Positions 63,697 through 64,000 of a stretch of 64,000 bases of DNA are shown in pieces. A program made the translations under genes and the position numbers. Location of the stretch: the NCBI RefSeq assembly GCF_000143415.4, contig NW_003314390.1:210973-274972 (forward strand), given 5' to 3'. The first letter of the stretch is position 1, and every line of letters starts with the position of its first letter. This DNA is from Selaginella moellendorffii (lineage: Eukaryota; Plantae; Lycopodiophyta). Below the pieces are notes generated by a model. The model was not told where the DNA came from. It saw nothing but the letters and a program-made list of their open reading frames with translations, and ran no database searches.

Positions 63697-64000
63697 TTAG
63701 GACCGCTTGGCACAGCGGTGAAAGAAGCCAGGCATGAAGGCCTCACAGCCGACACCATCTAGTACCAACACCTGCCGTCCTAGGAGCTGCTGCTCTTCGA
63801 AGAAAGCGTCCAATAAATCCGCCTCAAAACTATGGTATGGCACCAAAATGATGTACACCTTTTCCCTGCCGAACACTTTCAGTGCCTCATCGAAAGCCTC
63901 GTCGCACCACTTCTTCATCTCGGGTACTGTGACTTTCTCCTGACCCTTACATTGAATCCAGAGCTCTAGTGTGCCAAATGCCTCGACTCCAACCTCTACA
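63697..64000 (-). CDS. 3' end of a Crinkler-like REase-fold gene, paralogue of 15417-17911; runs off the window
   Basis: LELWIQCKG...VLVLDGVGCEAFMP parallels IEIWAQAKG...LLVDQTGLNVFMP. Confidence 0.65.
   Translation of the reverse strand, partial: VEVGVEAFGTLELWIQCKGQEKVTVPEMKKWCDEAFDEALKVFGREKVYIILVPYHSFEADLLDAFFEEQQLLGRQVLVLDGVGCEAFMPGFFHRCAKRS

Overview
Eukaryotic land-plant genomic DNA. The ~50-bp GT-AG introns and ~100-bp intergenic gaps suggest a lycophyte such as Selaginella; this is inference only. There is one 100-N assembly gap (9235-9334). Two gene-dense islands hold conserved genes: ABCF4, an OVATE gene, MAP1A, an EAR-type ERF and NRPC2 (23.9-36.7 kb), then STRAP/WD40, cyclin T and ISA3 (54.0-61.9 kb). 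They are separated by AT-rich, deaminated mobile DNA: an rDNA pseudogene, a MITE and LTR remnants. The main finding is an 11.7-kb Mutator-like element (3504-15191) with a perfect 9-bp TSD (CGCCACATA) and only short degenerate TIRs. Besides its DDE/SWIM transposase it carries a spliced gene fusing a ParB/Srx-like domain to a prokaryote-type beta-class N6A/N4C DNA-methyltransferase fold, two small ORFs with SGS3-like (zf-XS-like) zinc fingers, and a CpG-rich tandem array plus a long hairpin. This is a candidate transposon-encoded epigenetic or anti-silencing system. The window also has three Crinkler/RHS-type NTPase-REase genes, one of which can be spliced in frame to a catalytically degenerate eIF4A domain (integrated-decoy-like). 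All family assignments come from motif recognition by eye; no database search was run.
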